DNA of 56,111 nucleotides, the filler included, from Jimgerdemannia flammicorona (Eukaryota), in assembly GCA_003990765.1 (NCBI GenBank). It is 3 parts of 3 records of this genome, joined end to end, with 100 filler letters (N's around TTAATTAATTAA, not from the genome) between each part and the next. Parts side by side here need not be neighbours in the genome. Positions count along the whole stretch, not along the records: positions 37,479 to 56,111 come from RBNJ01002154.1; 2 more parts are not named here. One strand, given 5' to 3'. The notes under the pieces were generated by a model. That model saw only the letters and a list, made by a program, of their open reading frames with translations. It ran no database searches and was not told the origin of the DNA. Each line of letters begins with the position of its first letter. Position 1 is the first letter of the stretch. Both the position numbers and the translations under genes were made by a program. This document shows, one piece after another, positions 37,479 to 53,270 of the stretch.

Positions 37479-37597
37479 CCCCTTTATTAATTTACATTTT
37501 GCGACACTTGTTTCTCCTCCCCATCCCCCCTACCTTCGTCACTTACAACGCTGACCTTCCCATCACCAACCTTTGAATTTCGTGTCTGCTTTTGCAG

Positions 37598-40049
<2,452 letters not shown>

Positions 40050-42070
40050 TGGCTATGGAAGATTCGTAGGCGGTGCGCGGGTGTGGTGGTTATGTGGATG
40101 GCGGTTGAGTGAACGTCTAAAAAAACATTGCAAAGTGACCTTTTGGATTATTTTTCTTTTTGCCCTGTGTTTTATATCACTGCAGTTTTATGTAGCCAGT
40201 TTGTACTTTTCAAAATAAAAAAGATACATAAAAAATTTAAAATCAATTAAAAGAATTGTTCTCGAACCTTTTGTTTGTACCACGACATATTTTCATGACG
40301 GTGTTCAATGGATCATGCGGTCAATAAAGATACAACTCAAAAAAAAAATAAAAATAAAAATAAAATAAAGATATATCTTGTACTAGTTAAAAGATATGTT
40401 AATAAATGTGATTATGATTTTTAGGGAATTTTTTCTATGTAATAAAGACCATTTATGAGAATTTATCAGAGCATAATTTTTTTTTTTTTTTTTTTGGCAC
40501 GCATCGTGACGTCACACTGCGACATATATAACACGATGAAAAATTAAACCGATACACATCCATCCATTTATCCATCCATTTACCCATTACCCATCCATTT
40601 ACCCATCCATCCACCCATCCTCCCCTATTACGTCCACGCAATCATCCATCCATTTTTAGCCCTGTGCACCACCCTATGACACCTTGTGATTCGTCCCTCT
40701 GTCGTTGAGGCGGGAGACCTAGGTCTCCTGGACCTTCCAGCATGCCGGCAAATGCGTGGCGTGTGCGGCAAATGTGATACGTAAATGCGTGTCGCGTGCC
40801 GTCGGAACTTCAACTTTTGCAAGGTGTCTGGGGCTACTTCAGGCCTCTTTTGTGCTCCAAAGGAAAACCTCATATAAGGTGAGTATTGGCCGGCCACAAA
40901 CAACCCTTTCTACCGTCAATTGTTTACGAAACCCCGGTCTGGGTAGCCTTCGCAAGCCCACTGATGAGGCCCCTTGGCAGGGGCCGAAACCGAAAGAACT
41001 GCTTCTCTCATTTCCAACGTTATCTACCATTTATGTTTCTTGAGCATTCATACTCGCGTGCAATTTACTCTCTTAGGCCAGTTATTCGTGCCTGAGGAAG
41101 GTGTCCACTTACGTGAAAATTATATATCTTTTTTGAGCTTAAAGCTTTTATATTAAAAGCTTATTGTAGATTGTATTTATTTACTGAATTTTTTTTATAA
41201 ATAATAATATTAAATATAAAATTAATACTTTAATTTTTGTTATTGAGGTATATCAATTTGATTGTAAAAAAAAAAAATTGAAGTTTATATAAGTATCTTA
41301 AGATATAGAGTTTATTATAATTAATTAAATTTAGATTAAGAGCTTTAATCTTCTTGATAATTATATTTTCTGTAGCTTATATATATATATTTGTATAATT
41401 GAGTTTTTTATATAATGTTATTTTTTTTTTTTACTTTGTTTATTTTATTTACTTTTAATACTCTTATATTTATATTAACTGTTATTAGTATTAGATAGTA
41501 CAATTATATTTTTACTGTTATCTCCTTATTTAGTCAAGTTATTGTTTATTTATTTTTATTATTTGAAGTTATTATTGATCTATTTTTGTTATTTTAAGCT
41601 ATTGTTAGCTATTTTTTTATTTTTATCTATTCAAGTTATTATCACTTCATTCTTATCTATCTAAGTTACTACTAGCTTCTCTTGTAGATAAATATAATAT
41701 TCCTATTGATATCCTTCTTAATTGTCTATATATAAGTATTTTGAAAAGTTTTCTTAAATAAATAAATAGTAAATTATTTAAAAAAGCAAAACTGTTCAAA
41801 AATATAAAAAAAGATAAAATACAGAAGTAGTTGTATAAGTTTCTTGAGTTTGGAAATAGTAGTTTAGTAATAAACATTCAAGATTCTATCACTGTTTACA
41901 AAGATCTGAAGTTTTCAAAAATCAATCATAAATATAATAAAGTATTTAGATATATATGTATATAAACTAAACTATATCTGAGAAGTCTTTTAAGAATTGT
42001 ATATAATAATTACTGCTATAAGGTCTGAAGACCTTTCAGAAATACTCTTTTATAAGTAGGTATATTTACA

Positions 42071-43238
42071 CTCCTTTCTCTGCTATCTTACTAGTTATAA
42101 TGGTTTAATAGATAACCTTCCAAGTCCACTTTCCATAATTATTACCCTCTCTACCTTGGATTGGTTTGCTGTATTTATTGCAGAGCAGTGGAAGGAAGGC
42201 AATAGTGATGAGTTGTCTCTTTATTGATATTAGATTGGTATCTTCTCTACTTTTTCATGATTTCTGGTGCCTTTGGCTATATCTAGAGTATATTTATTTT
42301 GGTGCAGCACCTTCTTCCTTTTGCTATCACCAATAAGATATTATATATCTTGATATATCATGGACTATATAGAGAGTCAGCTGACCTTAGACATCAAGTG
42401 CTCAATATAGGTTACCTATAGGTCCTCAGTATCTATAGTAGGGCTCTCTGGCTTTGATGAGCTTCCTGACAAGTATAGTTCTGGCATAGGTAACTGCTTT
42501 TCAGATGTTATTGGGATGGAAGAGAAGATGGCCATCACAGATAGGAGAAAGGGCAATAATAGTGAACCAGTAGAGTATCAGACTGGAGACAGTTATCAGA
42601 GCTGAGGTGGATGCTGCTTCAGTAGAGTCTTTTGATTGATATAGAGCAGTTAGATAGTAGTGTCACTCTCAGCTTCTTTTGGTAATTCAGCAGATTGAAT
42701 CCTGGTCATTGAGGAGGGTCAGGGGGCCTGAGGCTATCCATTTCAGATATCTTAGCTACACTTAACTAAAACTGGAAGCTGATATAGCACTATGATCAAG
42801 ACCCACAGGCTTGAGTAGTAGGGTATTGGGGGTCTCCTTTTATCTCACATATAAGTCCTTTACTTACCTCAACTGAGAGAACCAGGTCCTATCCATTGTG
42901 ATGTACTTTGATAAGAGTTTTTCTTTATCTATTATTCTCTTTGGAGTGGTAGAGACTATTCTATTCAGCTTAAGTATAGCCTTATACATATATTGGAGTC
43001 TTGGGTATGTACTTTCAGTCATTGGTATATAGCTGAGTTCTCTCTGGTAGTAGGGAGAGCATGGTATGTAGAATAAGATATAGGTCAACATAGGCTCTGC
43101 TGCACCTAATATGGTCAAGCTGCTGGACAATAGCTAGCCTAGGTTAATGAGAGGGCAGTGCTTGATGGGTGGTGGGGGAGGGTTTTGGCCTATATAGTCT
43201 AGGTTCTCTTCTAATAAAAATCTGTGGGACATTGAGTC

Positions 43239-43283
<45 letters not shown>
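42071..43283 (+). mobile_element. Poly(A)-tailed retroposed repeat (~1.17 kb), copy 1
   Basis: Aligns end to end with 54939-56111. A-tail at 43243-43283 and a degenerate 15-bp TSD, gtaggtatatttaca (42056) / gtagatatacttaaa (43284). Confidence 0.8.
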
Positions 43284-43286
<3 letters not shown>

Positions 43287-43722
43287 GATATACTTAAATC
43301 TATCAAAACAGCTAACTTATCATTAATAGTAATATAGATTACCTTAAGTATACTCACTTTTACTATTATTTTTTAAGTGAAGAATATTGTGGAGACTGTT
43401 TATCAATAGAAAGATAAACTAATTAAATAGCTTACAGATCCATACTACAATATAACTAATTGATATATTTTAGTAGAAAAAAATGTTAAATTGTACCAAT
43501 TTCTCAAATTCTTTATATTATTTTTAAATTATAGTACTTGTATAAAGAATATATTAATCATCAAAATAATATAGATCAATTTGTTGTTGTATATTCAGAT
43601 ACTGATACAGATAGATAAAGAATTATATAAAGTATTAAAAAGATGATAGATAAATTAGAAGAATATAACAGTTATAATAAGTGAGTATAATTGAGTGAGA
43701 ATTAAATAAATATATAATATAT

Positions 43723-44193
43723 TATAATATAGTGAATACTTAATCTTAGAAGTACATTAGATTTCTGTATCTTGAAAACTTGATCTCCTTTGACTCTACA
43801 GAGTCCTCAGAATATAGAAGTGGGTAAGTTTGAAGTATATCTGTCCATAGACTTACTAGTTTCTTTACTTTTCTTTTACTTTGAACTATTTTGATCTGAG
43901 GTTTATTTACTCTAAGATATTGAGTTATTTATACAAGTTTGCTAGCTATAAGATGGCTAAATTATGACTAAGATATAAGTCACTTTTTATAAGTGTTAAT
44001 CCTTGACATCTGTTAAATCTTTAACATCTGTGAATTCTTAATATTTGTGAAAAGTTTAACATTTGTAAAAACTTAACATTTGTGAAATGACTACTATTTA
44101 TAAGGCTATACTATATTAGAAATTGGGTTCAGATACTGTGATTAAGTATCTAATTCCCCTGATTCTTATTCCTAATTCAGATCAACTATTATA
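43723..44193 (-). repeat. 3' LTR of family C (471 bp)
   Basis: Colinear with 50432-50901. Confidence 0.92.
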
Positions 44194-44234
44194 ACTTCCT
44201 TCTGAATAGATGATTTGTCTCTAAAATATCCTAT

Positions 44235-44678
44235 TTACTCAAACTCCCAGGCTTCTATAATTTGTATCTTCTTGTACTGTGTAATTTATATTATTACATT
44301 CTCCCAATAGTATCTCTTAATATATCTAAAATCTCTTGAAACTATTCCTCAGAAATGGGGTAGGGCAGCCTCATCCTCTTTGAACAACTTATTGACTTAT
44401 TTAGCAATTGTGATCTAAAAGTGAGAGAGCTGATACTCTCTGATCCAATCTTCTTTTCTCATTTCTAGCTATGAATTCAGTAGCTGTCCTAACTTAAAGT
44501 ATTCTTGAAACTCTGTCCAATTCTGATAGACCTTGAAGTATGAGATTTATGATAGATATATCTGTACTATACTTTGGATACTATCATAGAATTTCTCTAT
44601 CATAAATAGCTCAGTAGTATACTATTGTCTTTTTATGGCTCATTATATAGCACTGGTAATCTTGAGAGCTATGGTCAT
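44235..44678 (-). pseudogene. Extra ORF between integrase and PPT of family C (env position)
   Basis: A single frame with point stops only: MTIALKITSAI**AIKRQ...QEYFKLGQLLNS...IAK*VNKLFKEDEAALPHF*GIVSRDF. Confidence 0.65.
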
Positions 44679-47390
44679 GCTTTTTTGACTAGTCATAATA
44701 CTTCCTGAGTCAGTTTTGGTGAGTGGTAGTAGAGATGATTGTGCCTGAGAGTTTTTATAGCCAAAAGGTAGTCTCTTTTATTCTTGCACCAGGTAAGGTC
44801 TCTCCTACTTAGGCTCTAGTTTTTATGACCATAAAGCTTCTACCATATTCTGATATACTAGGACTTTGTTTCCTATCTTGATAATCTCTAGAAGCTTGTG
44901 AACTTTTTTTGCATTATTCTATTATAGTGTCTGTATCTTGGTTATGTAATCTTCAGCCTTTTTCCTGATTTGGTATAGTCTCCATATCTCTCTATCTATA
45001 TATTTCCATATAGTATCTCTATTGGATGATAGGGTTTCTTGAGAACTTTTTCTCTGAACAGTATTTCCTAAGAGATGAAATGGGTGCTTTGCAATTGAAT
45101 ATCCTAGAGAGTAAATAATACTATTAGCAAATAGTGATCCCAGTTTTCATAGTTATCACAGATCTTGGTAATAACATTTTTGAGAGTCTTGTTGGTCCTT
45201 TCTGTCTGTCTATTTTCTTAGAGATAGTATGCTATAATCTGAATATGCTGAATCTTGTACTTCTTGTAGAGAACCTTAAAGAACTGATTTATGAATTCTG
45301 TTTCTCTATCTATAGTTACTTATATTGAGGTCTTGAACTGACAGATAATCTCTCTGTAAAAGAAATCAGTAATTGACTATACATTGGCTTCCTTGAGGGG
45401 TCCTATCTCTATCCATTTTGTAGAAAGGTCTATGATGATGATGATATATTGGTTGCCAGTCAAAGTCAAAGGTAGAAGACCAATTACATCTATTGCAATG
45501 TGGGCAGATAGTATTAGTTCTATGTATACTGATCCTGGGGCTTGGTTTTGTTGGTCTTATTTCTGCTTCTGGCATTTGTTACAGATCTTGATAAATCATC
45601 TGATATCTGATATCTTCCTCCATTCCTGGCCACTATATTGTTTTTCTTACTTTATCATATGTGTTTGTTTCTTCTAGATGACCAAGTTTATATACTGATT
45701 TCATTGCTTAGTTCTTCTTGTGTTCTGGTATAACTAGTAGTTTTCCTTTCTTCAATATTTCTCTATTGGTTTCAAATTATTTCCATATTCTATTAATAAT
45801 CATTTGTATCTATTCTTTCAGATGTTGAGGCATCTTTTACTATCCTAGATAGGTAATTATTCCATAGTAAAGCTCCTTATTCATGATTGGTTTATTGGTT
45901 AGGGGTTCTTCAGGGTGTCTATAAGAGGATATCTGCATTAGCATTGGTTCTTTCTGGGTAGTGCATGATGGTTATATTATATGCTTGCAACTTCATGATC
46001 TATCTGACATAGATTCCTTTGGGTTGTCCAGTGGTCAGTAGTCAGATGAGGGCTGAGTGATCTGTCTGAATAGTGAAGTATCTTTCTGCAAGATAATAGT
46101 GGAACTTTTCTATAGCCTAGATGACTACTAGATATTACAACTTATAGGATTTATATTCTTTTTTAGCTCCTCAGGTTCCTTGACTTAGATATGTAATGAT
46201 ATACTCCACTTTGTCTTTCTTTTGAGCTAGAACTGCTCCTAGTCTTTGGGTACTTGTATTTGTCTGCAGAATAAATTCTTGAATTCAATTAAGTCTTCTG
46301 AGGATGGATGCCTGGGTCAGTCTGACCTTGAGTTCTTCAAATGCTTTCTGTTGCCTACCAGTATATTAGAACTTAGTATTCTTCTTATTGAGTTCATAGA
46401 TTGGGTCTGTGATGTTAGAAAATCCTCTGATGAATTGATAGTAGTATGAGGTAAGTCCCATGAAGACTTGAGCTTTAGTGACTGTAGTAGACCTTGGGTA
46501 TGCTCTTACTGCTTAAATCTTGAGAGAGTCTGTATATGTTCCATCTTAATTAATAATATGACTAAGATAAATAATCTCAATTTCTATAAATTTGTACTTC
46601 TTGGGCTTGATGTAAAGGCCATACTGTCTCAACTTTTCTATCATCTGCTGGATATACTATAGATATTCTTCAGCTATCTTGCTATAGATGATAACATCAT
46701 CCATGTAAACCATCATCTATCTACCTATATCATAGTAAAAGATTTTGTTCATCATTTACTAGAAGCTTGCAGGGACATTGCATATTCTGAATAGCATTCA
46801 CAGATAGATATAGGTTCTATCTGAAGTGATGAAGGCTGATTTCTCACTTGCTATTTCTGTGAGTCTGATTTGGTGGAATTCTGAGTATAAATCCAAGGTG
46901 CTGTAGTACTGTGCTTCATCTTCTAGAGTTATAAGAATATCATTGATGAGGGGCAGTGGTTAGCAATCCTTCTTGATGACTATGTTGAGCTTTCTGTAAT
47001 CAATATAGAGTCTTGGTGTGAATTCTCCAGGCTTACTTTCTTTTTTTGGAGCTAGTATAACCAGTGAAGACCAGGGGCTGCTGGCTTTCTTGATGATACT
47101 GGCTTCTTCTATCTGCTTGATTTCTTCTCTAAACTATTCTTGGTAGACTAGTAGGACAGGTCTTGTCTTCTGGTAAATTGATTTGGTATCTCCAGTATTT
47201 ATATCATAATAGTAGTATGAAGTCTTTTCTTTGATATTCTTGAAGTCTGTAGTAAGAATATCCTCAAATTCATAGAGTATTTTCTTAAGTTCTGTCTTGA
47301 GTGAGAATTTATCTCTAATAGTATAGCTGTACTTATTTATAGTTTTCTCCTTCTTATGCTATAGCTTGGTAATCTTTATACTGATGAATA

Positions 47391-47949
47391 TGGTGCCCCA
47401 TGCCTATAGTTATTTTTTCTTTTAAAAACTTTATTCCTGGATAATTGATATAATAATAATAAAAGAAAAATCATAATCTAATAGTAAACTTTCTTGAATT
47501 TACTTCTATAGAGAGTTTTTTATAATTATTCTCTTATATATATATTAAAATGGTCAAGTATAATATCTCATACCTATTTTTTAAAAACTTTATTCCTGAA
47601 TAATTAATATAATAATAATAAAAGAAAAATCATAATCTAATAATAAACTTTCTTAAATTTATTTCTATAGAGAGATTTTTTTATTATTCTCTCTTATATT
47701 TGTAATAATTAATTTTTTTATAAAAATATTGCTCAAATTTACTAAATTTGTGGCTTAAATTATATTATATAACTACAATTTCTATACCTATACTCAACTA
47801 TTTTAATATATGAGAGAGAATAATAATAAAAAAAACTCTCTATAGAAGTAAATTTAAGAAAGTTTGCTATTAGTTTATGATTTTTATTTTATTATTATTA
47901 TATTAATTATCTAGAAATAAGAAAAAATAACTATAGATATGGTGTACTA
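47391..47949. mobile_element. MITE (Tc1/mariner-type, TA TSD) inserted in family C pol
   Basis: TIRs TGGTGCCCCATGCCTATAGTTATTTTTTCT / AGAAAAAATAACTATAGATATGGTGTACTA, flanked by TA. Internal ~160-bp direct repeat plus one inverted copy. Confidence 0.8.
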
Positions 47950-50431
47950 TACTCTTCTTTCTGTTTTCTCTAACTTCTTGACTTCTATGATCCTTGGCTG
48001 AAAGACTGGAAAGATCAATATCTATACCAATTGATCCTTCTTCTTAATTAGAAATAGAATCATAGTATTGTAGTTCCTAGCAATAAGTAGTATTTCTCCA
48101 ATATAATCAGAATTGATGACTCCTTCTTTAATTGTGATTTCACTCTTAGCAAGGCTACTTCTTGTCTTGAGGATTCTGATATGATCTTTTGAAATAGTCA
48201 TCTCTAGGCTGGTTGCAAGTAGGGTGGTTGTCTGGGGTTTCAGTACAGTTTCTTCTACTGTGGCAATATCCATTCCAGCTGTATTTTCTAACTTATATTC
48301 TGATAAGAATGAATCTTCTGAATCTTGATCTTGATTTCTTCTTCATCATCACTGTCTTTAAGGAGAGCTAGTGGTTTATCATCCTTTTTCTCCTCTTCTT
48401 TCATTCTCTTTTCTTCTCTTGCCTATTTCTTAAGGGCTTTCTCTCTTCTTTAGTGGTAGATCTCCTTGATTTTGCCAGTGTACTGGTAATACTCATTAAT
48501 ATGCTCTATATAGTACATTCAGATACTATGGGGGCAGACTCCTTGTGGTGCATATCTTTCCATAATCTTCTTGCATCAGTTCTCTTCACTTATCCATCTA
48601 ATCTTCTTCTTTTTCTAGGTTATCACTATATAGACCTCCTCTTGCTCACTCTCTTCTTCCTCCATCTCAGACAGAACTCCTTTGTTGACATTGATCAGAA
48701 TTTACATCTTCTGTCTATAATAGATGATCTGTATCTTCTGAGTATTTAGATCAATTATTGCCTTGGCTTTGTGAAGCTATTGATTGCTAATAAGGATATC
48801 ATAGTTGGTTATATTGATCACAATTATATCTACTGGAATGGTTGCTCCTCCAAACTTGATAGGAATATCTCAGATCTTTTCCAGAGGTGTGACTCTTGTG
48901 CCATCTGCTATGACAAATACTAATTTGGTTGCTTCTTCAACTTCCCAACCTAGGCAGTCTGCTGCTTTCTTACTGAGGAGGCACTCTCTTGCTCCTATAT
49001 TGATAATAGCCTCAAACACTCTATTCTCAATTTGACAGATTGCATAGGCAGAGGTCTTGTGGTTGTCTTTGCTTTCTTTTTCTGAGTCTTCTTGAACATT
49101 GTTGGCCTCAGTTATCTTCCAACCTTGCTTCTTAGTTATCTCAGTAAGTTCATATCTCATTTTCTGTCTAAATGTGGGTATTTCTGCCAACTGGCCAAAG
49201 GTGACATTGACCTTTTGTTGACTGAGATCTTTGAAGATATCATACTTGAAGGTCTTGGTTTTGTGAAGCTTCTTCTTTTCTCCTTCACTAGCTAGAGTGG
49301 TTCTTTGGATAATATCTTGAATAGCCTATTCTAAACTTTCTGTAGTGGTCTCCATTTGCTTTTTCACAGAGTTTTTCTTGGGTCTCTCTGGTGGTCTGTA
49401 CAGGATAGACCTTCCATTTTTCTTCATCTGATTCTCCAATTTCTTCAAAGGTGATGATGTTAGCCTATTTCTTATTTTGAGTTATATTACTTGGCTGAGT
49501 CTTATGCTTGGTTTTGCTCATGTATTCATATGAGTAGTGGTCTTCTTCTCCACAGGTATAGCAGATATCTCTCTTCTTGTCTAAGGTAGTAGCAAATTTC
49601 TAAACTAGCCAGTAGTCTCTTTCTTTAATTTTTTTTATCACATCTCCTAGGTAGGCTGTCATTTTGGTGAACCTCTTAGCAAGTTCCTCCATGGGGTCAC
49701 TATTTCTCTGTTGTTTGGTAGCTCTTGATTGAGGTGTGTTTCGATTAATTACTATAGTAGAGATCATATTAGTTGCCTTGAGTACTTCAATTCTGACTCC
49801 AGTGACTCTCTCCATTATATAGTCTTGTAGGTATCTGACTATTTAGTATTACTGAGCATAGATGACCTTCTGTACCAGATCCAGGACTATTAGTAATGAG
49901 CAGATGGCCAGGACTATCTCTGGGTAAATTCCTTTTATAAAGGTTACTTTGGCTACTTGATCTTTAATGGTGGTAGTATAATATATAAGAATTATCTAAT
50001 ATCAGATTTTAGTGTAGAATGTGTTTGGATCCTCACTCATTTCTTGGTATGTTGTGTTGAACTGATCCTTCAGTATCTGCTTAATCTCATCTGTATAGTA
50101 TATAGCTCAGAACCACTGCTAGCATAGTATCATCATCATTTCCTACATGGGTTGCAGCTGTAAATACTGCTCTTACTAGTCCTCATAGACTGAAGAGTAT
50201 GAGAGTTACTTGCTGTCTTGCTATCAGACCTCTTATAATAGCATATTGCTCAAAATAATTAATGAAGATAATGATTAATTTATCTGAAGTATAACTATAG
50301 AATACTAGTAATCTCATATCCATCTTATCTAGATGTCTTATTTGTATAGTTGTTTGGATAGTGGTGGTTATTCATTATTCAGCTTAAAAGTGAGAGATTT
50401 ATCTTGAATTATCAGCCAATAGGCACCAAGT

Positions 50432-50901
50432 TGTAATGTAGCAGATACTTAACCTTAGAAGTATATTGGATTTCTGTATCTTGAAAACTTGATCTTCTTT
50501 GACTCTATAGAGTTCTCAGGATACAGGGGTGGATAAGTTCAAAGTGTATCTATCTACAGGCTTACTAGTTCTTTTACTTTTCTTTTGCTTTAAACTATTT
50601 TGATCTGAGATTTATTTACTCTAAGATACTGGGTTATTTATACAAGTTTGTTAGCTATAAGGCAGTTAAGTTATAACTAAGTTATGATCACTTTTTACAA
50701 GTATTAATCCTTGACATCTGTTAAATATTCAACATCTATGAATTCTTGACATTTGTAAAGAGTTTAACATCTGTGAAAACTTAACATTTGTGAAATGACT
50801 GCTATTTGTAAGGCTATACTATATTGGGAATTGGGTTCAGATACTACAATCAAGTGTCTAATTCTCCTAATTCTTATTCCTAATTCAAATCAACTATCAC
50901 A
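50432..50901 (-). repeat. 5' LTR of family C (470 bp)
   Basis: TGTAAT...ATCACA termini on the plus strand; PBS adjacent on the minus strand. Confidence 0.92.
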
Positions 50902-52830
50902 ATATATATATAGATATATATTACTCTTATGTATCAATATAATTTCAATTTTATCTTATAATAGATGAGGATAAATACTATAATTAATATAGCTATTAAT
51001 ATATGGATTTAATAAGATGAGATCAAAAATTATACAGATATACTTAGTATTTTAGCTAAAGAAGAAGTCATTGATAATTCTGAAATAATTCAAATTAAAT
51101 TTTTTTTAGCTCTTATTGATATTACTCAAGGTAATCTTGATGATGATAATTATGAAGAACTCTTTATAATAAATTATATCTCTCTTATACAAAAGCAAGA
51201 GATTTATAATATTAGTATAGTTATAGTGAAAAACTATAATCAGTAAGTAATTATTTCTAATATATATATATATTGATATATATATATATCAGACTTCTTA
51301 TTTATTATTATTATTATATATTTTAAAATCATTAAAGTCTATACTATTTTTCATCAAGAATGTGATCCTAAGTTTGATCTTACCTTTTTGATAGAAGATA
51401 CTCTAGACTATATTTATATATATATTTATAAAAAATGTGATTTTGAGGATTAAAAGAATACTGATAGAAAGGTTGTTAGATATAAAGGCAAATCTATAAG
51501 TATTTAAATATATATAATTTATTGATATATTTAATAATAAAAAATACTGATATTTTCTTTATATATATATAGTATTCTCTTATTATAGTAATTTGATTAG
51601 TAATCAGTAAATATTACTATAATTTATATAACTATAGTAACTAATAATAGAATTTTAGCTATGAAGAGAAGAAATAAATAGATAATATATCATTATTTAC
51701 CAAAGTCAGCAAATATATATAGAGTCTATACAAATATAAGATACAAGTAGATGATAGTACTGAGTCTGTTTAAGTATTGATAAGTAATGATATTAAAGCT
51801 CTTTATATACTTTGTTAAACAAAAGGTACAATTAGAGCTAGACAATATGTAAATATTTTTATTTATTTTTTTAATATCAGTCAAATATATATATTATTAT
51901 TAATATATCATAGTATATTTATTTATTTGCATTTATTTATCTTTTACATAAAGATGAAGCTTTGCAGATATAATAGAGATATGTTGAATATATACTAGAT
52001 AGAATATAAATTATCTTAATATTAGATTTTTACAAAACCTATTAAATTAGTGGTAAGTTTTACTTAATAACTTTAATTTTAAAACTCTATTTCATTTGAA
52101 CTAATAATCTCTATTACCTAAAGAAATATAATTATTTTATTTATATATATCATAATAATTATATGAAGTATATATATCTAGTTTATACTAAAAGTCTACT
52201 GTAGTAATTTATCAGGTATACTTTTTACTAAAGTTGATAAGTATGATTATATTTATATATATATAATTCTTTGATTTATCTGATATTCAAGAGACAGTTT
52301 GAGAGTGATTTATACATATAATGCAGATTATACAAAGTAGTACCTTTATAGTATTCACTCTTTTTAAAAAGGTGGATATCAGTATTGGTATTATTATATA
52401 AGTCTGAAATGAGATATTTGATAGTTGTATATTTGAGATAGATAGAGTATTGAGTTTGATAGTTTAACTATTATATAATATATAGTCAGTACAAATGATA
52501 TCTATTATACTTCTAGAGATCTTTATATGAAGTCTTACAAACTACTTACTAATAGTATTAAAGAATCTCCTTTTTAAATAAATATATTCATAGATTATAT
52601 TAGTAAGTAATTTAAATTTAAATTTGATAGAAATTAGCTAAATATACTAATAAATGACAAATTTAAGCTAAAGAATAACTTATTTTTACTAATTTCTAAT
52701 ATATTATATTTATTTTGAAGAATGCAATATAAAATCACTATTTAGAAATATATATTTATATTTATATAAATTACAATATTATCATTTATATTTCTCATCA
52801 AGTTTTTAGAGAATTTAATTATTTATATAT

Positions 52831-52869
<39 letters not shown>

Positions 52870-53270
52870 TTTGAAATTCAGAGAGAATCTAATTACTCAT
52901 ATACTATTATTTATATTTTTTTTTTTTCAGCAGAGGAAATCTAATTATTTATATAAAATTCATTTTGATAGATATAATGTATAAATATACTTATGATCTT
53001 TTTCACTTACATAGACCCAATACTTCTCTATCTCTGAACTTCTCTTGTATTTTGATTGTAGCAGCCCAGATTATATTCAATTACTAATACATTTTCTGTA
53101 AGCTGACTTTATTGATTATTGTGAGAATATTCTCATATTAAATCTTCTAAATTAATTCTTTAAACTTTGACCTTATGATAGTAACATATATCTAAAATAA
53201 ATAAAGTATAATTAGATTCTACAATCTATAAGTAAAAAATGTTAACATTATATAAACTTACTATAGTAAT

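Larger units (their letters stand above)
43723..50901 (-). mobile_element. Full-length Ty3/Gypsy LTR retrotransposon, family C (gag-PR-ZnF-dUTPase-RT-RH-IN-extra ORF)
   Basis: Paired LTRs, ATAT 4-bp TSD, PBS TGGTGCC at 50428 downward and purine tract next to 44193. Knuckle CYTCGEEDH (~49540), protease AIINIGA (~49000), dUTPase 47990-48300, RT VYMDD (~46700), RNase H ~45920-46290 and integrase HIAIDVIG (~45490). Confidence 0.95.

Noticed and set aside
44235..44678. Calling the extra ORF an env gene
   Set aside because: It is short, with no visible signal peptide, furin site or transmembrane segment.
50902..53270. AT-rich region with exon-like patches (also 41100-42055 and 43300-43720)
   Set aside because: Probably one heavily mutated host element for the nested insertions, but unassignable by eye.
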